A program made the position numbers and the translations under genes. Below are positions 20,355-30,792 of a DNA stretch of 64,000 nucleotides, in pieces (position 1 is the first letter of the stretch; every line of letters starts with the position of its first letter). The notes under the pieces were generated by a model. That model made no database searches. It was given only the letters and a program-made list of their open reading frames with translations, and was not told the origin of the DNA. The DNA is from an uncultured Planctomycetota bacterium. Its GTDB lineage: Bacteria > Planctomycetota > Phycisphaerae > Tepidisphaerales > Tepidisphaeraceae. Location: positions 832,001-896,000 of the forward strand of contig CAWJEN010000005.1 in the NCBI GenBank assembly GCA_963841915.1. The letters are read 5' to 3'.

Positions 20355-21602
20355 ATGTTGACGTACGTCATTCGCCGCCTGCTCCTGTTCGTGCCGACGA
20401 TTCTCGGCGCGACGTTGCTCGTATTCACGCTGCTTTTCTACGCGCCGGGTGCGATTACCGACACAGTCGCCGACGCAGGCGGAAACATGCGGCCTGAAGC
20501 CCGGGCGGCGAAAGAGGCCTACATCAACGAGCGGTTCGGCCTGAACGATCCGTTCATCCTGCAGTACCTCCGGTGGCTCAACAACGCCTCGCCGATCGGC
20601 CTGCACATGCACCGGTACAACGACCCGGATGTCGTGGCCGTACGTGAGAAGCGTCGGGAATTTGAAGCTCCACTGCGAGCCGAACTGCTGGCGGAGAACC
20701 CGTCGATGCCGTACGAGGAGCAGCGGGACAAGCTGCAAGCCGCCGCCGACGAGGCAGGCAAGTCGTTTACACCGGAGGCGGGCGACTTTCGCTTTGACAA
20801 GCTGCCGATCAAGGTGCCAGACCTTGGGTACAGCTTTGTGTTCCAGAGGCCGTCGATCGATCTCATTGCCGAGCGGTTGCCGATCACGCTGCTGCTCAAC
20901 GCGATTTCACTGCCGCTGGCGATAGGGGTGAGCATCGTCACGGGCGTCTGGTCGGCCAAGCATCGAGGCGGCTGGCAGGACCTTCTCAGCGGGTTCGTCC
21001 TGCTGGCGCTTTACAGCCTGCCCGTCATTTGGATCGGCGTGATGCTGATCGGCTTTCTGGCCAACGCTCAGCAGTATTTCGGCCTCTTCCCGCCGGGCGA
21101 GCTGGTGTCGCTAGCGGGCGAAAGCCAGCCGTTCCTGCCGAGTACCGGGCCCGACGGAGCGTTTCGCGTGGGTTACCTGCTCGACACCGCCTGGCACCTG
21201 GTGTTGCCTGTCATTTGCCTGAGCTATACGCAGTTTGCCTACCTGAGCAAGCTCAGCCGCACCAGCCTCCTGGAAGTGCTCGGCAGCGACTACGTCCGCA
21301 CTGCCCGTGCCAAAGGCCTGTCGGCCCGCGTCGTTCTGTGGCGACACGCGTTCCGCAATGCGCTCGGGCCGATCATCACTTTTCTGGCGGCGTTGCTGCC
21401 GGCCATCATCGTGGGCAGCGTCGTCGTCGAGCGCATCTTTACCATCGGCGGCATGGGCGACCTGGCGATCGAGTCGCTGCTTCGGCGTGATCGCGAGTTG
21501 TTCCTGAGTCTGTCGCTCGTCACGCTCCTGCTGACAATCGCCAGCTACCTCATCGCCGACCTGGCCTATGCCGCGGCTGACCCTCGGGTGACTTACGACT
21601 AA
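20355..21602 (+). CDS. Peptide ABC permease (DppB/OppB-like) with a large loop insertion
   Basis: MLTYVIRRLL, DYVRTARAKGL and ADPRV. Confidence 0.88.
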   Translation: MLTYVIRRLLLFVPTILGATLLVFTLLFYAPGAITDTVADAGGNMRPEARAAKEAYINERFGLNDPFILQYLRWLNNASPIGLHMHRYNDPDVVAVREKRREFEAPLRAELLAENPSMPYEEQRDKLQAAADEAGKSFTPEAGDFRFDKLPIKVPDLGYSFVFQRPSIDLIAERLPITLLLNAISLPLAIGVSIVTGVWSAKHRGGWQDLLSGFVLLALYSLPVIWIGVMLIGFLANAQQYFGLFPPGELVSLAGESQPFLPSTGPDGAFRVGYLLDTAWHLVLPVICLSYTQFAYLSKLSRTSLLEVLGSDYVRTARAKGLSARVVLWRHAFRNALGPIITFLAALLPAIIVGSVVVERIFTIGGMGDLAIESLLRRDRELFLSLSLVTLLLTIASYLIADLAYAAADPRVTYD

Positions 21603-21608
21603 CTGCCG

Positions 21609-22883
21609 ATGACGCTCGACGCTACCGAAGCTCGCCAGCCCCAGACGCCCGACCCGGCCTACGCCGCAGTAGAGGATGCTGCGCGTCGCGAACAGGGCGG
21701 GCGTTCGTTGTGGATCGTCGCCATGATCGACGCCTCAAAGCGGCCGACGGCCCGGATCGGACTGATCTGGGTCGTCATGCTGCTGCTCGTGGCGATTTTT
21801 GCTCCATTTTTGGCCAACACGCGACCGCTGTTGGCCAGAACCGCCGACGGTTGGACCTCGCCGGCATGGGCCGGGTTGACGTTTGTCGACATCGCGCTGC
21901 CGTTGACGTTGCTGGGCCTGATCGGCCTCTTTTTCTTCGCGAGACGTTGGGGCAATCTTCGACCGCTCGCGACGCTCGGCATCGCGCTGGGCGTGGTGGC
22001 TGCATCTTTCTTCGTCGGCATGGTCATCGCCGACCCGCCGCGTGTCGAGCAGTATTCTCACTACCGCGCAGTGGGCGAGTACGAGTCTGTGATTCTTGCA
22101 CCGGTGCCTTACAGCCCAAATGACACGCTGCGAGACTTGGGCCGGGCTCGCACCGCAGCGCCGTTCTGGCTGCCTAACGAGAATGCCAAAAACCTGCAGA
22201 GCAAGCACTGGCTCGGCACGACCATCAACGGCGAAGACATGGCAAGCCGCATGATTCACGCGACGCGGGTCGCATTAGCGATCGGCTTTGTCGCGACCGG
22301 CATCTCGACGATCATCGGCATCGCCGTTGGCGCCGTCATGGGCTACGCGGGCGGCACCGTGGATCTGCTGGCAATGCGATTCGTGGAAATCGTCCAAGCC
22401 ATCCCGGTGCTGATCATTCTGCTCATCGTCATGACGTTCTACGGCAAGAACATCTGGCTCATGATGGCGACGATCGGCGTGATGAGCTGGACCGGCGACG
22501 CGCGGTTCATCAGGGCCGAATTCCTGCGGCTTCGCAACCAGGAATTCGTTCAGGCAGCCCGTGCGGCGGGCCTGCCGACTTGGAGCCTGCTGTTTCGCCA
22601 CATGCTGCCCAATGGCATCGCGCCGGTCCTGGTCAACGCCTCCTTCGGCATCGCATCGGCCATCCTGCTCGAAAGCACGCTTAGCTTTCTCGGCCTCGGC
22701 CTTGAGGCCGTCGACCCTTCGTGGGGTGCGCTCCTGAACCAGGCCCGCAGTGGCGGCAGCGGCTTTAACTGGTGGATCGCAGCCTTCCCGGGGCTTGCGA
22801 TCTTCCTGACCGTGTTCGCTTACATCCTCATCGGCGAAAGCCTGCGTGATGCCCTCGATCCGAAGCTGAAGAAGGTCGGATGA
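21609..22883 (+). CDS. Peptide ABC permease (DppC/OppC-like)
   Basis: HWLGT...GED, FVQAARAAG and GESLRDALDPK. Confidence 0.88.
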   Translation: MTLDATEARQPQTPDPAYAAVEDAARREQGGRSLWIVAMIDASKRPTARIGLIWVVMLLLVAIFAPFLANTRPLLARTADGWTSPAWAGLTFVDIALPLTLLGLIGLFFFARRWGNLRPLATLGIALGVVAASFFVGMVIADPPRVEQYSHYRAVGEYESVILAPVPYSPNDTLRDLGRARTAAPFWLPNENAKNLQSKHWLGTTINGEDMASRMIHATRVALAIGFVATGISTIIGIAVGAVMGYAGGTVDLLAMRFVEIVQAIPVLIILLIVMTFYGKNIWLMMATIGVMSWTGDARFIRAEFLRLRNQEFVQAARAAGLPTWSLLFRHMLPNGIAPVLVNASFGIASAILLESTLSFLGLGLEAVDPSWGALLNQARSGGSGFNWWIAAFPGLAIFLTVFAYILIGESLRDALDPKLKKVG

Positions 22884-22906
22884 GCGGCTCTTGGGAGCAA
22901 AGTCAC

Positions 22907-24286
22907 TCAAGTAGCTTTGCCATCTGAGCCAAACACGTGTTGCAGGATCACTTCGTGGACCTGCGTGCTGTCGAGTCGATCTGCTGTCGGCCCGAGCTTG
23001 GTCATGAGCAGCGGCCCTTCATCGACTTGGACGTCAGCCAGGCCGTGGCTGCCGCGGACGAGGGTGGCATCGAGCGGGATGACGTCGAGCAGGTTGCGAA
23101 TGCCAGCCTTTCTTGCGGCCAGCTTTGCCAGAAGGCGAGGCTTGGTGAGGCGGCCGGGGGCAAGGAACAGCTCGACCGGGTCGTATCCCGGTTTTCGGTG
23201 GATGTCGACGGTCCGGGCGTAGTCGGGGGCGAGCGTGTCGTCGTGCCAGAAGTAGTACGTAAACCAGCAGCCAGGCTCAGCGAGGCAGACGAGCTCGCCG
23301 CTGCGCGGGTGGTCCAAGTCGCCCCGGTCACGACCGGCAAGGACGCGACCGACGCCGGGCGTTGCTTGGAGTCGCTTGTGCACGTCTGACAGGTCTGCCG
23401 GGTCGCGCACGTACACGTGAGCAACCTGGTGATCTGCGACTGCAAAGGCCCGCGACGCACCAGCGTCGAGTCGCTCCGTGCCCAACTCGCTCCGCACCGA
23501 CAGGAAGCCGCCGTCACGCAGGACGCGATTCAGGTGGACCGGCGTGTCGACCGCCGCAACGCCGTACTCGCTGAGGATGATGACGCTGGTCCCGCGTGCT
23601 TCGTAGTGGTCCAGCAACCGTCCGACAACGGTGTCAATCTCGGCAAGCTCTTTGTTCAGAAACGGTGTCAAACCGGGCCCTTGTTTCTGCAGCGCGTAAT
23701 CGAGGTGCGGCAGATACACGAGCGTCAGCGTCGGATCGTGCTGCTCGTCGAGACGAATGGCGGCATCGGCGATCCAACGGGAGCAGGCGATGTCGGCAGC
23801 GGGTCCCCAGAACTTGAACAGTGGGAATCGCCCCAGCTCGGCCTGCAGCGAGTCCCGAAGGTCAGGCGGGTGGGCCCAGACGTCCGGCACCTTCCGCCCG
23901 TCGGCCGGGTACATCGGTCGCGGCGTCACGGTGTAGTTGGCCCTGCAATACATCGCGTACCACCAGAACAGATTTGCACACGTGAACGCCTGATCCCGTC
24001 GTTTGCCCTCCTCCCAAATGCGTGGCGACTGCACCAAACCGTCGGCCTGCTGCCACAGGCGAATCTCCTGCGTGTCGCGGAAGTACCAACCATTGCCGAC
24101 GATGCCGTGCTCGCGTGGCGACATGCCGGTGAGGTAATTCGCCTGAGCCGTGCACGTCACGGCCGGCGTCGCCGATCGAATCGTCGCCAAGTGTCCGGCG
24201 TCGTAGAACGCCTTGAGCCGCGGCGTGCTGTCGCCGATGAGCGACGGCGTCAGACCCACGACGTTGAGGACGACCGTCTTGTGCAC
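22907..24286 (-). CDS. Alkaline phosphatase-superfamily nucleotide pyrophosphatase (EboF-like)
   Basis: VVLNVVGLT, PAVTCTAQ, HGIVGNGWYFR, YLPHLDY, SEYG, DIHRKPGYDP and GSHG. Confidence 0.82.
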   Translation of the reverse strand: MHKTVVLNVVGLTPSLIGDSTPRLKAFYDAGHLATIRSATPAVTCTAQANYLTGMSPREHGIVGNGWYFRDTQEIRLWQQADGLVQSPRIWEEGKRRDQAFTCANLFWWYAMYCRANYTVTPRPMYPADGRKVPDVWAHPPDLRDSLQAELGRFPLFKFWGPAADIACSRWIADAAIRLDEQHDPTLTLVYLPHLDYALQKQGPGLTPFLNKELAEIDTVVGRLLDHYEARGTSVIILSEYGVAAVDTPVHLNRVLRDGGFLSVRSELGTERLDAGASRAFAVADHQVAHVYVRDPADLSDVHKRLQATPGVGRVLAGRDRGDLDHPRSGELVCLAEPGCWFTYYFWHDDTLAPDYARTVDIHRKPGYDPVELFLAPGRLTKPRLLAKLAARKAGIRNLLDVIPLDATLVRGSHGLADVQVDEGPLLMTKLGPTADRLDSTQVHEVILQHVFGSDGKAT

Positions 24287-24361
24287 GTTGAACTTTAAGC
24301 ACAGCTCAGCTGGCGGGTCGGTGGTGCCCGAGTGGGCTCAGGCCGCTACACTGCCTCACCC

Positions 24362-25003
24362 ATGGCCTGGATTGCCGAAGATACACGTCGTACGCGGGTC
24401 GAGGCGGGCGAGCCGCTTCTGACCGAAAAGCTCAAGTCGCACCTGCGCGACGTCCACTTCCCGCGCTACCCGACCAAGCGGGCGTGTCTGCTGCCCGCGT
24501 TGCACCTCGTGCAGCACGAATACGGCCACATCGACCCCAAAGCGCTGCAAGAAATCGGCGAGTTCCTGGAGGTCGCACCTGCTGAGGTTTTCGACACGGC
24601 CACGTTCTACGAAGAGTACTGGCTGCGACCCAAGGGCAAGTACCTTGTCGCTATCTGCCGCAGTCTTGCCTGTGAGATCACCGGGGCCAACGACATCATC
24701 GAAGGCCTGATGGAGAAGATGGAGCTGCTCGACGTCGGGGAGACGACCGACGACGGCCGATTCACGCTCGTCGCCCTGGAGTGTCTTGGCTCCTGCGGCA
24801 CGGCACCGGTCGCACTCGTCAACGATGTCCTCCACGAAGACATCACGCTCGATTCGATCAGCTCGTTCATCGAGGGGCTGCCCGACGACCCGCACGATTA
24901 CGCCGATCCTTCAGTCGATTTCGAGGTGCCGCACGACAACCCGCCTAACGCGGCGACAACGCACCCGGACGGGGCCAATCTGGCACCGGCCGGTGGCGGT
25001 TAG
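24362..25003 (+). CDS. nuoE: NADH-quinone oxidoreductase subunit E
   Basis: LLPALHLVQ, ATFY, and 2Fe-2S ligands CRSLAC and CLGSC. Confidence 0.92.
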   Translation: MAWIAEDTRRTRVEAGEPLLTEKLKSHLRDVHFPRYPTKRACLLPALHLVQHEYGHIDPKALQEIGEFLEVAPAEVFDTATFYEEYWLRPKGKYLVAICRSLACEITGANDIIEGLMEKMELLDVGETTDDGRFTLVALECLGSCGTAPVALVNDVLHEDITLDSISSFIEGLPDDPHDYADPSVDFEVPHDNPPNAATTHPDGANLAPAGGG

Positions 25004-26577
25004 GCCGCTCGGGCAATGAGTTCGCCGCAGCCCGGTAGAAGCGACTGCACGGCCAATTTCAGATCGCCGCTGTGCGACATTTCACCGTCCGCGGCTGCAA
25101 TTCTGCTGGAGAACGTCGCTGCGTCGCATCGCCTTGCCGCGATGATCGGCAATCCGAGTGACGAGATGGCCGCAAGGCCGTTCGGCGTCGGATCGATGAC
25201 GGCTGCGTGACGTTCTGCCAAGGCTTTGAGCTCATTCAATGTAGCTGACGTGACCACCGTCACGCCCTTGCACCACCTGGCGGCCAAAGCAATGCCGCGA
25301 GCGAAGGCCGGCGTGACGAGGCGCTCGATCCACATCGCCGCATCGACGTCGACCAGCGCGATGTTGGCCGCTGACAGACGCTTCGTCAGGTAGCCCGCCG
25401 CACCACCAGCGGCTGTCACGGCAAAAGGCTCGTCGGCAAGCTCGGCGGAAATGCAGGCCCAGATCGTGCCAAGACTGCTGTACTGCTTGACCGACTCCGG
25501 CGGCGTCGGCTCGCGTGCTTCCCAAGCCAGCAACACGCCCGAGTCGCCGGACGCTTCTGTCAGGTGCGGCCACCCGGCGACGGTCACGCGGTCGGGTGAC
25601 CAACCTGCCGCGACCCAGGCGGGCACCCAGGCCGCGTCGGCGAGCACCAAACCGTCACCGGTGGCACGCGATGGCACAGGAGCACGGTCGCGGCTGATCC
25701 AGGAAATGATCGGCGTAGCCGGCATCCAGTCGCCGATGTCATTGCGGGTGACGTCACAAAGCACCACGCTCGACGCCGCGGCGGCGGCGTCAGTGAGGAA
25801 CAGCGTCGAGGCTGTCTTCGGGTCGTACGGGTCGAGCCGTTTGCCGCCGAGGCAAGCCGCCAACCGTTCACCGGCGTCGGCCCACAATGCCCCGCCCGAC
25901 GCAGCAACGACGAGCGTCTTGCCATCAACAGCCCTAGTGGAGCACCCTGCGGCCTGTACCGCCGCTTGGCGGTAGGTTGACGCTTCTTCGAGTGCTGCCT
26001 TCGTCTCCTGAAGCAACGCCTTGACGCTCGGGCCCTGCACCGCCTCGGTGTCGGCTGCCAAGTGCAGCGTCGTCGGCACCGCCCACCCCGGCCGCCCGTG
26101 GGCAGTCGAGACGATCCCTGATAATCCGCTGAAGCACAACAGGCGACCGGCGACGATGTCTTCTGACACGTCGCCGCACGACAAGGCGCGCAGCATCGCG
26201 TCATCGTCCGGCCATACCACGCTCAAACTGCCGCCCGCGGGCAGCTTGCCGAGGAGCGCGACGACGTGGCCCAGCGTGTTGGGCGCGACGAGCGCAATCG
26301 AGCTGCCTGCACCGTTGGCATCGGCGGTGACGTCGCTCATCATCGACAGGCCGACGAGTCGGGGCATCGACGTGCCACCGAGCCACAAGCCGTCGCGACG
26401 CCCGGTCAGACTGCCGTCGCGGCCGTAGGTCCACGTCACGTCGGCCGGTGACGGGGCGTCTGGTAGTCCGAGCGCATGAAGGTTTGCCGACAGGGCAGAT
26501 CGAGCGGCTATGGAAGCGGATGGGCGCACCTTCGAGCTATCGGACGTCGCTTTGCCTGAGCGTGAGACGCGTGACAT
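25000..26577 (-). CDS. Hypothetical protein; start uncertain
   Basis: Long ORF filling the gap between nuoE and the divergent epimerase gene; no motif recognised. Confidence 0.6.
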   Translation of the reverse strand: MSRVSRSGKATSDSSKVRPSASIAARSALSANLHALGLPDAPSPADVTWTYGRDGSLTGRRDGLWLGGTSMPRLVGLSMMSDVTADANGAGSSIALVAPNTLGHVVALLGKLPAGGSLSVVWPDDDAMLRALSCGDVSEDIVAGRLLCFSGLSGIVSTAHGRPGWAVPTTLHLAADTEAVQGPSVKALLQETKAALEEASTYRQAAVQAAGCSTRAVDGKTLVVAASGGALWADAGERLAACLGGKRLDPYDPKTASTLFLTDAAAAASSVVLCDVTRNDIGDWMPATPIISWISRDRAPVPSRATGDGLVLADAAWVPAWVAAGWSPDRVTVAGWPHLTEASGDSGVLLAWEAREPTPPESVKQYSSLGTIWACISAELADEPFAVTAAGGAAGYLTKRLSAANIALVDVDAAMWIERLVTPAFARGIALAARWCKGVTVVTSATLNELKALAERHAAVIDPTPNGLAAISSLGLPIIAARRCDAATFSSRIAAADGEMSHSGDLKLAVQSLLPGCGELIARAA

Positions 26578-26598
26578 CGTCGCGCTACGCTGGGGCCG

Positions 26599-27549
26599 AT
26601 GAACATTGTCGTGACTGGTGGCAGCGGGAATGTGGGCAGGCCGGTCGTTCAGCGACTGACCGCCGCCGGGCACGACGTGCTGAACCTCGATAAGCGGCGT
26701 CCGCCCAAAGACGCCCCAGGCCAGTATCTGCACACGGACCTGGCTCGCCGAGATGTTCTTGAACCACGCCTCGAAGCGTTCGGCACCGAGGCCATCATCC
26801 ACCTCGGTGAGCTCCCGCACGTCGGGCACGGCGGCGAGGTCAACGTGTACGGCACGAACGCAGCATCGACCGGCACCTTGCTCGCCACGGCCTACGACCT
26901 CGGCATTCGACGAATCGTCTATTCGAGCAGCGTGCAGGTATACGGCCAATTCGGATTACATGGCTTTGGAGGCCGGTTCCGGCCTGAGCCGCTACCGCCG
27001 ATTAAGCTTCCGCTGGATGAGGACGAGCCGACGCGTCCGAGCAACGCCTATGGCGTGCAGAAGGTGGCGGCGGAGCTATTCCTGGCCGCCTTGTCGGATC
27101 GCACGGGAGGCCCATTCGGCGTGGCCATCCGGTTGCCGGGCGTCATCCACCCCGGCATGTTGCGGTGGGTTACGAAGAGACTGCAGGAGCCGCCTGTCGG
27201 CGTCTACGAGTTCGAGGCCTGGATCAGTGATACCGATGCAGCATCGGCTTTGGAGCTGGCGGTGACATGGCCCGGTGACGCCCCGCCCTGGGCCACGGGT
27301 GACGGCCAGACGGGAGAGTTCCGCGCGTTCAACGTCGCTTCGGACGACGTGACGACGGCAGAGGGCGTCAAGCCGATCGCCCAGCGGCTTCGCGAAGAAC
27401 AGCCCAAGTTCCCGCACCTCCCGAGCGACTGGCCGGCCGGGAAGGCACCGTACAGCAGCGACCGCTTCCGCGCCGCGACCGGCTGGCGGAGCGAGTACAC
27501 GCTCGACGCCCTGCAGAAAGACGCCGCCGAGCAGGAGGCAAGTCGGTAG
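26599..27549 (+). CDS. NAD-dependent epimerase/dehydratase
   Basis: VTGGSGNVG, SSSVQVYG and YGVQK. Confidence 0.88.
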   Translation: MNIVVTGGSGNVGRPVVQRLTAAGHDVLNLDKRRPPKDAPGQYLHTDLARRDVLEPRLEAFGTEAIIHLGELPHVGHGGEVNVYGTNAASTGTLLATAYDLGIRRIVYSSSVQVYGQFGLHGFGGRFRPEPLPPIKLPLDEDEPTRPSNAYGVQKVAAELFLAALSDRTGGPFGVAIRLPGVIHPGMLRWVTKRLQEPPVGVYEFEAWISDTDAASALELAVTWPGDAPPWATGDGQTGEFRAFNVASDDVTTAEGVKPIAQRLREEQPKFPHLPSDWPAGKAPYSSDRFRAATGWRSEYTLDALQKDAAEQEASR

Positions 27550-27588
27550 CCGTGCGAAACGATCGGCTTCGGGTAGAGTGTCCTGAGC

Positions 27589-28512
27589 ATGGCCGTCGCA
27601 GAAGCACCCAGCCCGTCGAAGCCGACCGCGTTGTTGCCGTTGAAGCTCGACGCCGGCTTCATGGCCAAGCTCGACAAGCTCGACCTCGTCAGCCGTAAGT
27701 TGCTTAACGGCAAGATGAAGGGCGAACGTCGCAGCAAGCGGCGTGGCCAGAGCGTCGAGTTCGCCGACTTCCGCAATTACGTCCCGGGGGATGACCTTCG
27801 CTTTATCGACTGGAATGTTTACGCACGACTCGAAAAGCTGTTCCTCAAGCTCTTCCTCGAAGAAGAGGATCTGGCCCTGTACATCCTTGTCGATGCCAGC
27901 AAAAGCACCGACTACGGCGACCCGCACAAGCTGGCGTACATGCAACGCGTCGCCGCGGCATTGGGGTACATCGGGCTCGTCAACTACAACCGCGTTCACC
28001 TGTGTGCGATAGCTGACGGCGTGGTGGCCGAGACGGGTGGCTTGCGTGGCCGCCGCAGCGTGCCGCGAATGATCGAGTTCCTCGACGGCCTGAAACCCGA
28101 TGGCACGAGCGACTTCGCAGAAGCCTGCCGCAAGTTCGCCCTCCGCCATCGCAACAAAGGCGTCTGCGTCGTCCTCAGCGACTTTTTCGACAAGGCGGGC
28201 TATGACAACGGCCTCCGCTACGTCGCCAACACGCGGTACGACCTGTTCGCCCTGCAGGTCTTGAGTCCGCAGGAGATTGAACCGACGTTTACGGGTGACT
28301 TGCGGTTGATCGACATGGAGGACAAGGACCACGCCGAGGTGAGCGTCAATCCGCCGCTGATTAAGCGCTACAAGGCCAACCTCAACGCTTACTGCACCGG
28401 TCTGAAGGACTACGTGACCCGCCGCGGCGGGACGTACCTGTTCGCCAGCACTGAAGTGCCTTTCGAGTCACTCGTCCTGAACTATCTGCGGAAACACGCG
28501 TTGGTAGGATAA
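27589..28512 (+). CDS. DUF58 (vWA-like) protein, a MoxR partner
   Basis: GQSVEFADFRNYVPGDDLRFIDWN, DASKS and SDFF. Confidence 0.92.
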   Translation: MAVAEAPSPSKPTALLPLKLDAGFMAKLDKLDLVSRKLLNGKMKGERRSKRRGQSVEFADFRNYVPGDDLRFIDWNVYARLEKLFLKLFLEEEDLALYILVDASKSTDYGDPHKLAYMQRVAAALGYIGLVNYNRVHLCAIADGVVAETGGLRGRRSVPRMIEFLDGLKPDGTSDFAEACRKFALRHRNKGVCVVLSDFFDKAGYDNGLRYVANTRYDLFALQVLSPQEIEPTFTGDLRLIDMEDKDHAEVSVNPPLIKRYKANLNAYCTGLKDYVTRRGGTYLFASTEVPFESLVLNYLRKHALVG

Positions 28513-28521
28513 AGCGACGTC

Positions 28522-29388
28522 CTACCGCAGCGATTCATCGGTCAGGACCATCACCTCGCGTAGTGCGTCCGCGTCGATCACCGTCGACAGCACGACGCGG
28601 CTGAATCCCGGCTCGCGCGGTAGCGCCTCGACCGCCGCCACCCGACCGACACGCATACCGGCCAGCAGGGCGGGCCAGTCGGCGTCATCCAACACGGCCA
28701 CGATGCCGGTGACGACGCCTGCCGCTTCGAGATCAGCCGTCCGGTGCCGCGCGATGCTCAGCCCGCCGCCCGTTCCGACGATCACGAACGGCTCGGTCGG
28801 CAGCGACAAGAGCGTGCCAGCCGTCTCGTCGAATCGGACAAACCGCGCCCCGAAAGGTCGCATTTGTTGGTCCGTTGTCAGTCGAACGCGACCAATCGGC
28901 CCAGCTGTGCTTATGACCCGACCGACGGCTGCGACATGGCCGTCGACCACGCCGACTGCCGCCTGACCCGCTTTTAAGCCACCGGCCGCTGCGATCTGCA
29001 GAACGTCGGCCTCGCCGTCCACGCGAGCGACGACAGCGGCTGGAACCATCCGGTCGCGCAAATCCGTCCCCAGCGCCGCGCGGTCGGCGTTGAGCTGTTT
29101 GAGCGATTCGAGCTGGACGTACAGCCGTTCGAGCTGCTGCCGAAGACTCTGGTTCTCGCGGGCGATGGCCGCAAGTTCGCGTGGAGCATCGGGTGACTCG
29201 GGATCCGTCGACGCGTCATCACCAAACCAGCCCGCCGCCACATCACCACCAAGCTTGGCCGGATGACTTACAGGCAGAAACACGGCCGCGACAACGGTCT
29301 GCACCACGCCAGGCACCGGCACAAGCGCCAGACCTGCCGCAGCGACAAGCAGCACCGCAAAGGTTGTCGTCGGGTTCCGCCTGGACAC
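28522..29388 (-). CDS. mreC: Rod shape-determining protein MreC-like
   Basis: Downstream of mreB; TM segment, coiled coil (ENQSLRQQL), beta domain (VGRV...RVRLTTD). Confidence 0.7.
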   Translation of the reverse strand: MSRRNPTTTFAVLLVAAAGLALVPVPGVVQTVVAAVFLPVSHPAKLGGDVAAGWFGDDASTDPESPDAPRELAAIARENQSLRQQLERLYVQLESLKQLNADRAALGTDLRDRMVPAAVVARVDGEADVLQIAAAGGLKAGQAAVGVVDGHVAAVGRVISTAGPIGRVRLTTDQQMRPFGARFVRFDETAGTLLSLPTEPFVIVGTGGGLSIARHRTADLEAAGVVTGIVAVLDDADWPALLAGMRVGRVAAVEALPREPGFSRVVLSTVIDADALREVMVLTDESLR

Positions 29389-29414
29389 GCCTCAGCTTAG
29401 AGCCTTCGGGTGAC

Positions 29415-30482
29415 CTAGTAGTCGTCCTCGTCCGACTCCATCGCTTGCTTGAAGATCTCCAGGTTCTCGATGAAGATCGCCGTTCCGCGGGCCACGCACG
29501 TCAGCGGGTCGTCGGCCAGGCGTGTCTCCAGGCCGGTTGCCGTTTCGATGATCTGTGGCAGGCCACGGAGCAGGGCACTACCGCCGGCCAGAGTAATACC
29601 GTTCTGCACAAGGTCTGCCGACAGCTCGGCCGGACAGACTTCGAGCGTTTTCGTCACCGCTTCGACGATTTGGCCGACAGGCTCTTGCAGGGCTTCGCGA
29701 ATCTCGGCCACGTTCACCCGTGTCCGCCGCGGCAGGCCGCCGATGAGGTCTCGGCCGCGGACTTCCATCGTCGCCTCTTCGTCGAGTCCTTCCGCCGGGG
29801 CAGCAGAGCCGATCTCGATCTTGATCTGCTCGGCCATCGTCGGGCCGATCGCCATGTTGTACGACTTCTTCATGTGCACGACAATGGCGTCGTCGAAGTC
29901 GTCACCGGCCACGCGGACGCTCTCGCTTACACTCACGTCCGCCAGCGAGATGATCGCCACGTCCGTGGTACCGCCGCCGATGTCGATGATCATCGACGCT
30001 GTCGGATCGCTCACCGGCAGGCCAGCTCCGATGGCCGCCGCAAACGGCTCTGCGACGAGATAAACGCGACGTCCTCCCGCTCGCTCTGCCGCGAGCTTGA
30101 CGGCCCGCTTCTCGACCTGCGTGATGCCACCGGGAATAGCCACAACGACGCGCGGGCTGATCCAACGCGACGCGACGGCCTTGCGAATGAAGTACCGCAA
30201 CATCGCTTCAGTGACTTCGAAGTCGCTGATCACGCCGTCCTTGAGCGGCCGAACGGCCTCGATGCCGCCCGGCGTTTTGCCGAGCATCTCCTTGGCGACG
30301 CGTCCGACGGCGTCGCCGTCACTGGTCTTCATGACCTTGCCGGTGCGTGTGTTGACCGCCACAACGCTGGGCTCGTTGAGGACAATGCCGCTCTCGCGGG
30401 TACAGACAAGGGTGTTGGCGGTGCCCAGGTCGATGCCCAGGTCCATGCTGAACATTTTGAGCAAGCGGTCGAGTAGCTGCAC
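29415..30482 (-). CDS. mreB: Actin-like rod shape-determining protein
   Basis: IDLGTANT, RPLKDGVI, EPFAAAIGAG, DIGGGTT and LAGGSALL. Confidence 0.96.
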   Translation of the reverse strand: MQLLDRLLKMFSMDLGIDLGTANTLVCTRESGIVLNEPSVVAVNTRTGKVMKTSDGDAVGRVAKEMLGKTPGGIEAVRPLKDGVISDFEVTEAMLRYFIRKAVASRWISPRVVVAIPGGITQVEKRAVKLAAERAGGRRVYLVAEPFAAAIGAGLPVSDPTASMIIDIGGGTTDVAIISLADVSVSESVRVAGDDFDDAIVVHMKKSYNMAIGPTMAEQIKIEIGSAAPAEGLDEEATMEVRGRDLIGGLPRRTRVNVAEIREALQEPVGQIVEAVTKTLEVCPAELSADLVQNGITLAGGSALLRGLPQIIETATGLETRLADDPLTCVARGTAIFIENLEIFKQAMESDEDDY

Positions 30483-30555
30483 GCGGTGGTTCTCCGGAAA
30501 ATGCCTGCTCAAACAGCACGCGTCCTGCGTGCTTCTACACGGTTAAGGTAGGAGC

Positions 30556-30792
30556 GTGAGCGACCAGCCGCAAACTTCCACCTCAAACGCCCTCATCCAC
30601 CTCACCGTCAACGGTGAGCCGTGCGAGGTCGCGGCCGGCACGTCGGTCACGATGCTACTGGCAAAGGCCGGCCTCAAGCCGCGGCAGGTCGCCGTCGAGG
30701 TCAACAAACGCCTCCGCCGCGGCGACCGATACGACGACCGGCTGGTCGACGGTGATCGCATTGAAGTCGTCACCTTCGTCGGCGGCGGGTGA
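30556..30792 (+). CDS. thiS: Sulfur carrier protein ThiS
   Basis: VNGE...VAVEVN...GDRIEVVTFVGGG C-terminus. Confidence 0.92.
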   Translation: MSDQPQTSTSNALIHLTVNGEPCEVAAGTSVTMLLAKAGLKPRQVAVEVNKRLRRGDRYDDRLVDGDRIEVVTFVGGG

